A DNA stretch of 64,000 nt from Eledone cirrhosa (Eukaryota): assembly GCA_964016885.1 (NCBI GenBank), contig OZ024744.1, forward strand, positions 40,858,001 through 40,922,000, given 5' to 3'. A program made the translations under genes and the position numbers. Shown here in pieces: positions 1 to 13,116 of the stretch (positions are counted from its first letter, which is position 1; each line of letters starts with the position of its first letter). The notes under the pieces are model-generated. The model ran no database searches. It saw only the letters and a list, made by a program, of their open reading frames with translations, and was not told where the DNA came from.

Positions 1-229
1 AGTTGTACCTGTGATTCAAGAAAATAGATTTTTCATTCACTGTGCCACCCTGAGAAATATGTTAAGGGAGCACATGTCTGTAGGATGCTCAGTCACTCAC
101 ATGATAATTTCATGAGCAGGCTGTTCCATTGTTATAATAACTGGAACACTTATTGGAACCAACAGACAACCAACATTCACAGACACACGGATACCCCACT
201 CAGACAAACACACACATACTCATACACAA

Positions 230-700
230 ATACACATGTAGAAACCAAGCTCTTTTCCAACATTAGTTCTATGATAGAAGTAGAAAGAGCCTTACTACAG
301 TGAAGGGAGCTAGATTTGTCAATTCCTGATGCAGAACAGGATAGATTAAAAGAGAAAGGCTTGGACAGCCTATGCTTAAGAGATTGAGAGACACTGTCAA
401 CTCTCTCGTTGATCAATCTAATCAATACTCAATTTTCTGTGAGTGCTAAATCCTTGGGGGACAGGGTTGATGCATTGCCTGTGACCAGCTTTGGTAATCT
501 ATTCAGTCCAAATGAGTTCGACATCTCCATTTCACTCAAAATTGGAGCTGATGTCTGTGAGAGATCTAGATATCCTTGTAGCAGGCCTCTTGACTCCACA
601 GTACTTCTTAGATTGTTATTCTGTCTGAAGCTAGGCCACCAACAAGGTCCTTGTTGGCATTTTGCCGTACCAATGTATCAGGTAGTGCTTGTGAAGGTGA
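230..700 (+). pseudogene. Degenerate CRE-like (RLE-type) non-LTR retrotransposon fragment
   Basis: ORF 409-765 'AKSLGDRVDALPVTSFGNLFSPNEFDISISLKIGADVCE' resembles the post-RT 'SGDWL.ALP...LG.......IA..LRLG..LC' region of CRE-clade elements (recalled similarity). Confidence 0.45.
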
Positions 701-706
701 TTGGTT

Positions 707-860
707 ATTCCAGCACCTTAGTCTTACTATTCCAGCACCTTAGTCTTACTATTCCAGCACCTTAGTCTTACTATTCCAGCACCTTAGTCTTACTATTCCA
801 GCACCTTAGTCTTACTATTCCAGCACCTTAGTCTTACTATTCCAGCACCTTAGTCTTACT
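707..860. repeat. 22-bp minisatellite, 7 perfect copies
   Basis: (ATTCCAGCACCTTAGTCTTACT)x7 with no spacers. Confidence 0.95.
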
Positions 861-1188
861 ATCACCCATGACAATGCTGCGAGGCCTTGCCTGAAAAATT
901 ATTTAGAGAGAAACGCCAGCACTCCTTGTTGTGGCATGTGATTCAACATGCTGGTCTTCTCTCACTTTGTTTTAAAATATAAATTGTGTTTATTTGTATG
1001 TCAAAAGCAGAACATATGTAAACATAACATGACATCGGCCTGTCTGGAAAGACAGTAACTCCAATTAAATAGGCACTTGGTCTGTGACCACCCATCCAAC
1101 AACTCATGCCAGCATGGAAAAACAAATGTTAAATGATGATGGTAGTGATCTGAACATACACATGCTTTTTCTTCTATTTCTCATTCTA

Positions 1189-1224
1189 TCTTCTGATGAA
1201 AGACTAGTCTCTGAAATGTTAAGA
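1189..1224 (+). ncRNA. Minimal type I hammerhead ribozyme motif in a Penelope pseudo-LTR relic
   Basis: TCTT-CTGATGA-aAGACTAGTCTct-GAAA-TGTT-AAGA; flanks homologous to 35100-35230. Confidence 0.65.
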
Positions 1225-1549
1225 CTATTTTCCTACTATAGCCAATGTTAAACTAATATATATCTTCATTATACTGTATTGTTTGTTTTGTTGTCTTCTC
1301 TCTCTCTCTCTCTATGTATACATATATATAATATATACATATACACACACGCACACATATATATATATAATATATATATACATATATATATACATATATG
1401 GAGGCACATGGCTTAGTGGTTAGAGCGGTTAGTGGGGTGTCTACCCAAGTAGACACCCCAACCATCGATTACCTGTACTAGACACAGAGCTCTGGTTAGA
1501 TACAATTAACAACCAAAAACAAATCCTCCATTCCCATTATGCCAAACCC

Positions 1550-2440
1550 ATGACTTCCAAACATCTGATCCACCGAAACTCGGCCATTTCGGACCATACC
1601 AAAATCAACATACTGATTGCGGATTTGGTACGGGTGATGAGAAATGTGTCCCGCATGTGCAACCCCGAAGAACTAGAGAGACACATACAACACTTCATCC
1701 ACCGTATGCAGTTCTCTGGCTACAATCAGAGAGATAGAATCAGAGTGTATAAAGGAGCCAGAACCAAATGGGAAAAAATGGTAAATAATGACATAAATGG
1801 GACCTGCCCCTTGTATAGGAGCAAATTTTGGAATAGAATAGAAAGAACTAGGAACAAGGCCAATAGAATAAACTCATGGTATGATAGCAATAAATACCAG
1901 AGTGTAATGTTCATCAATACAACCCCTAGAGGCGAACTAGCCTACAAATTTAGAAAGGCCCTAAAGAAACATAATCTCAATATTAAGATAGTAGAAAGAC
2001 CTGGTACCTCCGTAAAAACACTTATTAGCAAGACATACCCGTTCCAAAGACCCTCATGTATAGATAAGAAATGTATAACCTGTAAAATAAGCCCCCATAT
2101 TAACTGTAAAACTAGAAATGTAGTATATAGCATAAGATGTACTGAAGGACAATGTAGAAACAAAAATATAGTGTACATAGGTGAGACAGCTCGTAGTATA
2201 GGGGAACGAATAAATGAACACTGGCGAGACCTCCAAGATAACAAAGAATCATCTGTGCTCTACCAACATGCTAAGATAGAACACAGGGGTAAATTAGAGA
2301 GCATAGAAATAAAAATAGAATCCACACACAAGAAAGACGCAATGTTTAGGCAAATTACAGAGGCAGTAAGCATAAAAGAATTAAAACCAAAATTAAATAG
2401 AAAATATGAGTGGAACAGCAACATCACAACTTACAATTAA
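1550..2440 (+). CDS. Penelope-like RT C-terminus + GIY-YIG endonuclease (partial)
   Basis: CIDKKCITC linker, NVVYSIRC...YIGETARSIGERINEH, RQITEAVSI...PKLNRK. Confidence 0.85.
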   Translation: MTSKHLIHRNSAISDHTKINILIADLVRVMRNVSRMCNPEELERHIQHFIHRMQFSGYNQRDRIRVYKGARTKWEKMVNNDINGTCPLYRSKFWNRIERTRNKANRINSWYDSNKYQSVMFINTTPRGELAYKFRKALKKHNLNIKIVERPGTSVKTLISKTYPFQRPSCIDKKCITCKISPHINCKTRNVVYSIRCTEGQCRNKNIVYIGETARSIGERINEHWRDLQDNKESSVLYQHAKIEHRGKLESIEIKIESTHKKDAMFRQITEAVSIKELKPKLNRKYEWNSNITTYN

Positions 2441-2745
2441 GGACAAAATGAAAACACACACACACATAGAACAAACAACTTACAATTGAAAACACACACA
2501 AAATGAAAACACACACAAGATAAAATGAAAACACACACACACATAGAACAAACAACCAACCAACAATAAATAAATAAATAAATAAACAAATAGAAAAATA
2601 TAAATAGAAAAATAGAAAAATGAACACAAACACACACAGACACCCGGATGTGGCGCATGCGCAAACTGAGCACGCAACCCACACACAAACAAAATGGCGT
2701 AGGATAGAAGAAAGGAAAGGCACAGAAACGAAGAAAGAAATCCCC

Positions 2746-2790
2746 AGTCACTGAAGAGGTCACAGAGTGTGTGACGAAAGAACTATGACT
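2746..2790 (+). ncRNA. Type I hammerhead ribozyme
   Basis: AGTCA-CTGAAGA-gGTCACA(gagtg)TGTGAC-GAAA-GAAC-TA-TGACT; perfect stem I and stem II. Confidence 0.85.
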
Positions 2791-2941
2791 ATATATATAT
2801 AAACAACTATCTGGTTGTGGAACCAACCAACCAACCAGAAATTTATAAATTTGTAAATTTATAAATATATAATAAATTAAATTGAAGTGAAAGCAACTGG
2901 TGCGTGTGTTTCTTATTGGCAACATGACCCTCCCAAAGTAT

Positions 2942-2973
<32 letters not shown>

Positions 2974-3054
2974 CTTCATCATCATTTTACGTCCGCTTTT
3001 CCCTGCTTGCAACCAACATATATACATATATATATATATATACACACACACACA

Positions 3055-5160
3055 CGCATTAAGATTCATAACAAACAAATAGAAACAGACATATACTACA
3101 AGCCCACAGACTCGAAGCAATATCTTCCTTTCAATTCATGCCACCCTAGACACGTTAAAATTGATATTCCATACAACTTAGCCAAGAGAATCTGTACTAT
3201 AGTTTCCAACAAAAACACCTGTTACTTACGTCTACAAGAACTAAAGTTCACACTCATAAGCAGGGACTACCCTGCATCACAAATTGACAATGGAATACAA
3301 CGTGCCCTAAAACTCAGTACCCAGGACCTTTGACACCCTAAAGTTAATCAACCGAAACTAAAAGCTCTTCCATACATCTCCACACAAAACCCCCTCAACA
3401 ATAAGGCCTTTGACACCATCCTCCAGAACATCAATAGACTGAACCAAATCCTTCGAACACACGATATCATAAAGATCAAAAGACAATCTAAGTCAATGAA
3501 AAACATCCTAACACATGCCAAAGTACTACCAACCACAACAACGAAACCCACAGTAAAAACAATGCGATAGACCCAACTGTGGTATATGCATCAACCTAAT
3601 AGAGGGTTCGGAATTCTATTTCAAACAAGGTTTATAGTAAAACACAATTTCACATGCGCATCAGAAAACCTAACTTCCTCAGGTTGTCGAGAACAATACA
3701 TAGGCCAGACCAAAAACAGCCTCCGCCAACGCATGACTGTCCATGGGATCCCAAATCAAAATACGGTAATACAGGAAAATAGCACTGAGTGAACACATTG
3801 ATACCTGTGCCGCCCAAAATCATCCCAACTTTAGAATCTTTCCCTTCTACAAATTTAAAGATAATGCCACCCACACCCAGCGCATCAGCAAGGAATCTTA
3901 CTTTATTAACAAATATGGACCCCGTCTAAACACTTCTCCCTAAGACGAACCCACAACATACACACGTCAACATACATACCTACATCAGCATACATCCTAC
4001 ATACATCTCTATCCACATATATACACAATGACATACGTAAACACACATGTTCTATGGTGCAACACAAATATAGACAAATTTGCATACATTTTGATGTTTA
4101 TAGATATGCACGTGCCGACACGCTCGCATACATAAATGCACACATGCATTGCGCATTGATGGGTGCATACATATTTGTACACAAGTATCACATATGGCAG
4201 GGCCTAAGGGATTCCCCTGGCAGTACATACAATCTGGACTCACACACGCCTTGTTGTTCTGACAAACTATACATCATTTCACCTCTTTTATTATTGATGT
4301 TATTGATGTTCTTTTGATTGAATCGTTTTTTGCAAATGACTTAAAATACCGAATGTATGCCATTTTTACCAGTACCACAAAAATACTGGTCCATCCACAC
4401 ACACATGCATGCACACGCGAACACTAACATACAGACAGACATACACATACACACACACACACTTCTCCGTATAAGACAAGAGCTGAAAAATATGTTTCAA
4501 CATGTTAAAATACCCCCCCCCCCCCACACACACACATATGTACACACACATTCCTACTGACCGATTCATTTCCATTATCACAACAATGAACCACTTTGCT
4601 ACACACACACACACACACACATACACACACACATATTTGTCTTAATAGACACCTGAACTGTTGACCTTTCAACATGACTGCAACTCAATCAAGCGGAAAA
4701 GGACACTCTTCGACAAACCTACATTTGGCGCGAAACCAGCTCTCACTAAAATCAATTTAAACATTCACGTGACTTCTACCGACCAATCAAAATTGTTTTG
4801 ACTACAAGAATTTTTGAAACACGAATTGGCGCACTTTTATAGTGCTTATTCACGTGACATTAAAACAACCAACCAAATCTTAATACCTCCCAAGCCACTT
4901 TCACATAAAACAGGAAGAATTTCCAAAACTGATCAGATTAGAGCAAAAATCACGAGCACTCTATCTCAAAATTATTTTTGAAAAGCATAAGAAATGCGCA
5001 ACCGGTAAAAACTTAAAACTAAAACTGAATACTAACTAATACTTATTACTAATTTATACTTATTCCTAATTAAACTATTTTTCACCGGGAAAAATTTATC
5101 AGCATTTTCTTTTCCTTTTTACTAAAATATCACAACTTGTGTGTCACACCTCTATTTGAA
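3055..5160 (+). mobile_element. 5'-truncated degenerate Penelope-like element (Neptune-like), related to 5297-9516
   Basis: TDIYYKPTDSKQYLPFNSCHPRH thumb and QYIGQTKNSLRQRM, with frameshifts; long 3' UTR with variant HHR at 4975. Confidence 0.85.
4975..5010 (+). ncRNA. Variant hammerhead motif (U3-A8 core)
   Basis: TTT-TTGAAAA-GCAT(aagaa)ATGC-GCAA-CCGG-TA-AAA; GAAA has drifted to GCAA. Confidence 0.55.
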
Positions 5161-6001
5161 AAAAAATAAAAATATATATATATATATATACACATACATA
5201 TATATATATATATATGCGTGTGTGTGTGTGTATATATATATTTGGGTTCTATATTGGAAGTAATGATGGTTGTGATGTTGATGGAAGCTGATGTTTCAAA
5301 AATGCTGAAACCAGTAATAGACAATTATTAAATAGATAATTAAATAAATGCCATTGTTAATTAATAAATAAATCAACTAATACCTTAACACTTCACACAA
5401 AGTAAAATATTTCGTTTTAATCATTTTCTAACCCAGAAAAAAAGAGAGAAAGAACTAAAAAGGGAATAAACTATATTTTTCTTCCTAATAATCGTCTTTT
5501 TCTCCCTGTTTTCATATATATATATATATATATATCCTAACTCGTGTGTTTCCTATCCACATTTTATTGTTATTATTCACTCCCACACGAGATACAGAAA
5601 ATGCCTACTAAAACAAAAACAGACTCCACCCTCATTAGCATCAATCAAGAAATACTCCAAGAACTACAAAAAATTAACTCTAATTTGTCAATACTCACCA
5701 ACAAACTTAACTCTACAAGTGAAGAAACAATCCCCAAATACACATCCTATGAAATCAACGACAATATCAACAACTTATGTAAAACAATAAAAACACACCT
5801 GAATAACAACACAAATCCTATTCAAGCGAACGAAAAACACATGACACTAATACACTTACAACTTACCAAATAAAAAATAAATTAATACCACAATGGTACA
5901 CATCTCTTAAAAACAGAAAATTTTCCTTTTGGAATATGATACAAAACAATAACAAAGCGGAGATCTATGAAAAATGGATTAACTCATCCCCCGCAAACTA
6001 C

Positions 6002-6405
6002 TGTAGCAAGAGTTGCCTCCCGTATCACCAGTAGCGCTCTCTAGACAGGAAGTAGCTGGAGTTACTTCCCGTTGAGGTGGCAGAACCGTCTTTGTCACTT
6101 CCGTCCAGGGACCCTATAAAGGAGATAACTGAAAGCTATCTCCCTCTCTTTTAACCTGCCTGGCTCTTCGGCCAGGCGCGTTCGCCGAGGCTCTACTCTC
6201 TGGCAACCTGAACATGGTAATGTAAAGACCTCTTGGTCTAATGCGAGCTGACTTCAAAACGGTAATACAACTAACTTTAATTCATCCTTTCATCTCTCTT
6301 GGCATGTCAACTATTCTTCTCTACATAGCTCAACCTTGTTAAATAAATAGTGTACATACAACCGAGTGTCTTGTTATATTCATACAACCCAGTCACCCTG
6401 TTATA
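6002..6405 (+). mobile_element. Solo LTR inserted in the Penelope ORF
   Basis: TGTAGCA...TGTTATA termini, 4-bp TSD CTAC (5998-6001 and 6406-6409), TATAAA ~6115, AATAAA ~6342, higher GC than the flanks. Confidence 0.75.
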
Positions 6406-6503
6406 CTACAAATTAAATCCATCCCAACCGAACCCGAGATACAAAGACGCCTCAGGGAAAGAATGGCACTTGATAACATAAAAACCGAAATTGAACTCCT
6501 AAA

Positions 6504-8737
6504 ATGAGAGCCCAAGCAAATGAAGATAGGATCAACATACTCTCCAAAGGTCTAAAATTTACACCAACTCCCCAACAACCAAACTACCCCGAAATGAAGG
6601 AAGATATTGTAGAATTCTGTAGAAAACTAAAACTCAGCGAGCAACTATACGACAGATACAATGAGGATGACTCAATAGCCAGAAATAGAAGCAACTCCAC
6701 CACACCAAAAGGCAAGAACAAATTCCTCGATCAATTCTGCGAACACATTACTAATTACCCATACCACCACCTACACAGACATAAACAAAAACCAAACCTA
6801 AGCAAAAAAGAATGGAATGGTCTTAACAGTCTAAAAAACGACAAAACCCTAACAATCAAAGAGGTAGATAAAGGGAGTGCAGTAGTCCTTATCTAGAAAA
6901 CCAAACATATTATGAAAAGGCCCAACACTACACACAACAGAAAATAATGAGAAACCTAAAATCCCTAACAAGCTTTTACAAAGAAGGCCTTACAGACAAG
7001 GAATACAACTACATCACCAATTTCAAAAGCAGAACCAGCCTCTTCTACGGTATCCCAAAGACACACAAAAGCAAAGTAATAGGCAGGGCCTGCAAGCAAG
7101 CCACAGACGTTTACATCAATATAGCCCCTCCTGATGACCTTCAATTAAGACCCATAATAGCAGGTACCACATGTGAAACCCACCACCTAAGCAACTTCCT
7201 AGATATTCTGCTTAAACCTTTCCTAAAACATATAAAAAGCTTCATAAGGGACGACCTTGACATGCTCAACCACCTCCCAACAACACTCAATAACGAAAAT
7301 ACCCTACTAGTAACCTTTGATGTCATCAATTTATATTCCAATATCCCACACAACCTAGGTATAGAGGTAATACAATTCTGGATGGAAATTTTCCCGAGTG
7401 AACTTCCACAGCGCATCCCTAAAGAATTTGTGTTGGAGGGACTCAAATTCATCTTGGAAAACAATTTCTTCGAATTCAATTACTACAGACAGAAATCTGG
7501 GACTGCCATGGGCACGAAAGTAGCCCCCTCATACGCCAACCTTATCATGGGATATTTGGAAACCACTCTCTACAGCAAAGTTCTAGACAAATACAACAAC
7601 CACTTCTACCAACACATAGAAAAGAACTGGAAGAGATATCTGGACGACTGCTTCATCCTCTGGCATGAAAGTACAGATAGACTGTTTCAAACAGTCTATC
7701 TGTACTTTCATGCCACTTTCATACTTTCTGAATGGACTCAACACAAACTTACAATTCACAATGGATTACAGCCATGAACCACTCCCTTTCTTTGACATTC
7801 TGATCAAGAAAACAAACAATAAAATAGAAACAGACATATACTACAAAACCACAGACTCCAAACAATACCTTCCATTCAACTCGTGCCACCCTAGACACAC
7901 CAAAATGGCAATTCCTTATAACCTAGCCAGAAGGATCTGCACAATAGTTTAAGATAAATGCACATGCTACACACGACTAGAAGAATTAAAAAACACACTT
8001 ATCAGCAGAAACTACCCACCATCCCTAATCAACAATGGATTCCAACGTGCCCTAAAACCCGACATCCAGGAACTCAGACACCCCAAACCCAGGAATGAGC
8101 CACAACTGAAAACTCTACCATACATCTCCACACACAACCCCCTCAACAATGAGGCATTCGACATCATTCTCCAGAACATTCCTTTACTAAAAAGAGACCC
8201 AAGAATGAACAAAATCCCCAAACACACAACATCATAAAGAGCAAAAGACAACCTAAATCCATAAAAAACATCCTCACACAAGCCAAAATCCAATAAACCC
8301 TCACAATGAACCCTACAGTAACAAAATGCGGAAGGCCCAACTGTGGCATATGCATAAATCTAATAGAAGGTTCAACATTCCATTTTAAACAAGGACAACA
8401 TTTCACAGTTAAACACAACTTTACATGTGCATCTGAAAACCTAATCTATGTTTTGACCAGCTAAGGTTGTCAAGAGCACTACATAGGACAGACAAAAAAC
8501 AGCCTCCGACAACATATGACCGTCCATAAATCACAAATCAAAATACGGGAATACAGAAAGATTGCGTTTAGTGAACATATCGCCAATTCTGCACCCAACC
8601 AACATCCAAACTTTAAAATTTTCCCCATTTACAAATTCATAGACAACGCTACTTTCATCCATCGTACCGATAAGGAAACGTATTTAATTAACAAATTCCA
8701 ACCTCTACTTAATGCACTAAACTTCGGACTAAACTAA
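6504..8737 (+). pseudogene. Penelope RT + GIY-YIG, frameshifted
   Basis: LSKGLKFTP, EVDKGSAVV, LRPIIAG, FDVINLYSNIP, GTAMGTKVAPSYANL, RYLDD, CGRPNCGIC, YIGQT. Confidence 0.9.
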
Positions 8738-9045
8738 AACTGGAACGAACAATCAAACATTTACAAATACCTGTCTCTCTAAAGAGTTACCTCCCTAACA
8801 CCGTACCTAATACTTTTTCTTAAATAAATTAAATATCATCCAGCAGGAATTTCCTCCCCCTGCATATTAACTCTCTAAAAAGGGAAATCATATCAAACCC
8901 CAGTCCACCATTTGCCTCCATCATGGATCAACTAAGCACTCTTGCTATATTAACACATTTTGATCTGCTTATCTTCAAGAACTATGCCTGTAAATAACAT
9001 TATTTTTTCTTTCACATTGCCTTATTATGTTCCACATTACGACCC

Positions 9046-9198
9046 TTTTTTTCTTTTTTCTTTTTTCTTTTTTCTTTTTTCTTTTTTCTTTTTTCTTTTT
9101 TCTTTTTTCTTTTTTCTTTTTTCTTTTTTCTTTTTTCTTTTTTCTTTTTTCTTTTTTCTTTTTTCTTTTTTCTTTTTTCTTTTTTTCTTTTTTCTTTT
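9046..9198. repeat. (CTTTTTT)n polypyrimidine tract in Penelope 3' UTR
   Basis: Heptamer tandem array seen directly. Confidence 0.95.
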
Positions 9199-9285
9199 CA
9201 CTTCATAAACCTTCTTTGTAAATAACATTATTCTTTCTGCACCATTTATTCAACACGTCCAACACCACCATTCTACACCAATACA

Positions 9286-9325
9286 TCATTTGATAATGCA
9301 TAAAAATTCTGAATCCGGTAATAGA
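9286..9325 (+). ncRNA. Variant hammerhead motif (U3-A8 core) in the 3' pLTR
   Basis: TTGATAA-tGCAT(aaaa)ATTCt-GAAT-CCGG-TA-ATAG; the 5' pLTR copy keeps ATGCt-GAAA-CCAG-TA-ATAG. Confidence 0.55.
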
Positions 9326-9511
9326 CAATTATTAAATATATAAATAAATAAATGCCATTGTTAATTAATAAATAAATCAACTAATACCTTAACACTTCAC
9401 ACAAAGTAAAATATTTCGTTTTAATCATTTTCTAACCAAGAAAAAAAGAGAGAAATATATAAAAAGGGAACAAAATATATTTTTCTTCCTAATAATCGTC
9501 TTTTTCTCCGT

Positions 9512-9600
<89 letters not shown>

Positions 9601-10004
9601 GATGATATGCTGCTTTTAATTGAAAACCATAGTAATTTTGTGAAATTAATAGGAAAAGAAAATCCATAATACAATTCTCAATAATTATAACCTTAAGTTA
9701 GAAATAGAGAATAACTATAAAATCGTTAACTTTTTAGACGTAACATTAAACCTTAGCACAGGGCTCTACTATCCATTCCATAAAATTAATGAGATCTAAA
9801 TTACGTAAGTTTTAACTCTAATCATCCTAGATCTATTAAGAACACTATTGTCAATAGTGTTCAACAACGAATCTCTGCTAATAAAAATATTTTTGATAAG
9901 GTTGAATATTATAATGAAGCTTTAAATAGAGCAGGGCATTTGAATAAAATAGAATACATTGACAAAAGTAATAAGGCAAATCACCCTACTATTAATTATA
10001 ATAA

Positions 10005-10194
10005 TTGTTTCTACTTTTGGCACAAGGCCAGCAATTATCCCAGTGTATTAGTGGTTCTTTGTATTATCGACCCCGTAAGGATGAAAGGCAAAGTTAACCT
10101 CAGCAGGATTTGAACTGAGAATGGCAAGGGCCGTAACTCTTTGCTGCAAAGCATGGCGTCCGACTCTCTACCGATACTGCCAATCCACCGCCCT
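10005..10194 (-). mobile_element. tRNA-derived SINE
   Basis: Minus strand has A-box TGGCAGTATCGG, B-box GTTCAAATCC and core CTTTGCCTTTCATCCTTACGGGGTCGATAA; it interrupts the PLE ORF. Confidence 0.85.
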
Positions 10195-12141
10195 TAATTA
10201 TTATAATAATAAACAATTTAACTTAAACTCTAAAACAAAGAAAAGAACTAGAAATATTATTTGGTACTCACCCCCATTCTCATTAAGCGTTAAAACACCT
10301 TTAGCAAAGCTATTCTTTAAAGCACTAGACAAATGTTTTCCTAAAGCCCACAGATACCTCTCAATCTTTAACAGACATACTATAAAACTATCCTACTCTA
10401 CTACTATGAACATAGCACAAAATATAAATAGAATTAATAATAGAAACTTAAATTTAAACCCTAGCCAAAATAACCACAATAGCAATAATAATATTTCTAG
10501 CAATATCCAACCTAATAGTACCGTTCCGAGCAACAACTCCGTAAAATGTAACTGTAGAATCAAATAAAACTGCCCTTTACAAAATAAGTGTTTAGATAAA
10601 AACGTATTCTATAAATGCACAGTTAAAACTAGTGATAATATATTTAACTATGTCAGTGCCACTTCTACAAAATTTAAAGATCGCTGGAATAACCACAATC
10701 ACTCTTTCGAAAGATCTGATAAAAAATCTTCTACTTCCCTTTCACATCTTATATGGAACTTAAAAAGCAAGAATATAGACTATTCAATATCTTCGAATAC
10801 GATTTCGCAAGCGCCTGCGTACCGAAACACGGCTTTATCAAGATTCTGTAAATTGTGTATTGAAGAAATTTTTTATATAATTAACTGTCAAAACTCTATT
10901 AATCTCAGAACAGAGTTATTTAGTTCCTGCAGACATCGCCAAAATTCTACATTCAGAACTATATGTGACTTATAATATACTTATAATATTCCTATTAATC
11001 TCCAAAATGATCCTATCTGCTTTAACAATTTATATTTTTTATATATTAATATCTCTAGATCATAATATCTCTAATATTTGTTGTACTTTCACCTTTTAGA
11101 AAAAAATTTCTTATAATATATTTATTTATATGTGCATATATATTTATATATATTTATGTATATTTATATAATATTTATATATATTTATGTATATCTATAT
11201 AATATTTATATATATTTATGTATATTTATGTTAATTTTTTAATTTTTATTTTTATTTTTATTTTTATTTTTATTTTTTATTTTTTTTTATTTCTTAATTC
11301 TTTATTTTTCCAATGACATCCTCTAAAGCTATTTTTAAAATGTAGATTAATAACAATTAACTGATTTTAGCAAAATGTATCCTATTCAAGACGATGTTTA
11401 AACATTCATATTTCTTTCGACTAAATAATTAATTAATCTCACACTAAAGATTAACAAATAAAATCGGAGTTATCTTTCCTTTTCAATCATATAAATATTA
11501 TACCTAACTCCGTTAATTTAATTTAAAACATTCTCAATTTTAACTACATATTTATTTACATAAAATACAAAATCAACCTCCCTCGTAACTCATATTAAGA
11601 ACAATCACCTAAAACTTGAACTACCTATTTATTTATTTATCTACTTAAAACACAAAATCAAAGTCCCTCGTAACTCATATTATAAACACCTAAAAATTGC
11701 AAATTATCCTTTTAATAAAAATACATATACTATTATTAAAATATATATAGATATTTATATATTTAACCCACTACAATATAATAAGATAAATACTTACAAA
11801 CATAATTCTCCATATAAATATACACATAATATAGATAAATGTTCGAATATATTTCCCCCAAATTAACGTATATAAGTGGTCTTCCTTTTCCTTTCCCTTC
11901 TTCTTATTTTTCCTTTTCTTTTTCTTTCTTCTTTCTTTCTCTCTTATTATTATATATCTAAACTTTCAATAGCGTTTAAAATAGCGGTTTTTCAATCATA
12001 TAATTCAACCTTATTTACACATTCATTTGCATATTCATCCATAAGTTTGAAATATCCGTCCTTTAATCTCACTACCCAAGAAAATTCAACTGATAAGGTA
12101 TGATTTCCTTGGCTATATCAAAATTTATGAAACACTCTTTG

Positions 12142-12204
12142 TATTTTATCTGATGAAAGCGTACCAAAGTTTTTTGGTACCCTTGAAATATATATAATAG
12201 AATA
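12142..12204 (+). ncRNA. Type I hammerhead ribozyme
   Basis: TATTTTAT-CTGATGA-AAGcGTACCAAA..TTTGGTACcCTT-GAAA-TATATA-TA-ATAGAATA, overlapping AATAAA. Confidence 0.85.
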
Positions 12205-12254
12205 AATATGGTTTTATAAATATAGTTTCCATTTATTTAATATCATTGTATATA

Positions 12255-12530
12255 TCATCATGATCATCACCGTTTTACGTCCGTTCTTCCACGCTAGCAT
12301 GGGTTAGGCGGGTTTTCCTGTTGTGGACAGTGTCTGGTCGGCTGACCATGCCTTGCTCATACAGGAACTGATTTTGGCTTGGTTTCTACAGCTGGATGCC
12401 TTTCCTAATACCAACCTCATTTACAGTGAGTGCTGGGTGCTTTTTCGTGGCGCCTACACGTCCACTTTACAGTGTGGGCTGGGTGCTTTTTTGCTGTGGC
12501 ACCTCCACGACCACCTTGCAGTGGGAGGGT
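12255..12530 (-). mobile_element. RTE LINE 3'-end fragment or RTE-tailed SINE
   Basis: Near-identical to 14662-14935; (ATG)n tail; further copies at ~13030-13115, 30020-30118 and 31686-31915. Confidence 0.75.
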
Positions 12531-12859
12531 GTATATATATATGTGTGTGTGTGTATATATATGTGTGTATGTGTGTGTGTGTCTATATATATATATATAT
12601 ATTTACACACACACATATATATATAAATATATAGTCATTATTGCTGCAATAGCAATATTGATATCTTTTGGGACACCATCAACACAATACAAAGTGCATC
12701 ATGACATAACATTCCATAGCGTGGGCTATATTTAAGCAACTAGTTAACCAGTTCCCAAAAGGCATTTACCATCTTAGAAATAGGCAGCAGATATGATTAG
12801 GTGTGTGTACGTGACCAATGGTTTGGAACTTGTTCAGTTAAACATTAAGAGAACCACCA

Positions 12860-13027
12860 ATCCTGAGAGAAGCTCCTCCTCCCCCTCTTTCTTCTACTTC
12901 TCCTTCTGGCTGGATCCCCAAGCGAGACTAGCCAAGCTCATGAATGTTATCCAACCATGTTTCTATGGGTCTCCTGCCAGTTGGTTTTGTCTGTAAAATC
13001 TGTCCAGTAATTCTTTCCTGAGACATT
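12860..13027 (-). pseudogene. Old RTE LINE C-terminal fragment
   Basis: Minus-strand MSQERITGQILQTKPTGRRP..WLDNIHELG*SRLGIQPE; related relic at ~32290-32450. Confidence 0.6.
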
Positions 13028-13074
13028 CTAACCACTTAACCCGTGCTAGCGTGGAAGATGGACGTTAAATGATA

Positions 13075-13116
<42 letters not shown>

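Larger units (their letters stand above)
1431..2948 (+). mobile_element. 5'-truncated Penelope-like retroelement (Nematis-like, tentative) with 3' UTR, HHR and pLTR tail
   Basis: RT thumb plus GIY-YIG ORF, then HHR at 2746, AATAAA, and an end at a (TA)n tract. Confidence 0.85.
5297..9516 (+). mobile_element. Near full-length Penelope-like element (Neptune-like) flanked by direct pseudo-LTRs
   Basis: About 215-bp direct repeats at ~5300-5515 and ~9303-9516 flanking a broken ORF 5600-8737; the 3' end abuts (TA)n. Confidence 0.9.
9597..12250 (+). mobile_element. 5'-truncated Penelope-like element (Naiad-like, tentative) with AT-rich 3' UTR and HHR
   Basis: VNFLDVTLNL, RNIIWYSPPFS, CNCR..CPL...CL, C-terminal C..CIEE and SSCRH; paralog of 47205-50415. 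Confidence 0.85.

Noticed and set aside
707-860. 22-bp direct repeats as a CRISPR array
   Set aside because: The units are contiguous with no spacers, there are no cas genes, and the context is eukaryotic
1399-1430. tRNA gene
   Set aside because: Only an A-box-containing SINE head; no cloverleaf or B-box follows
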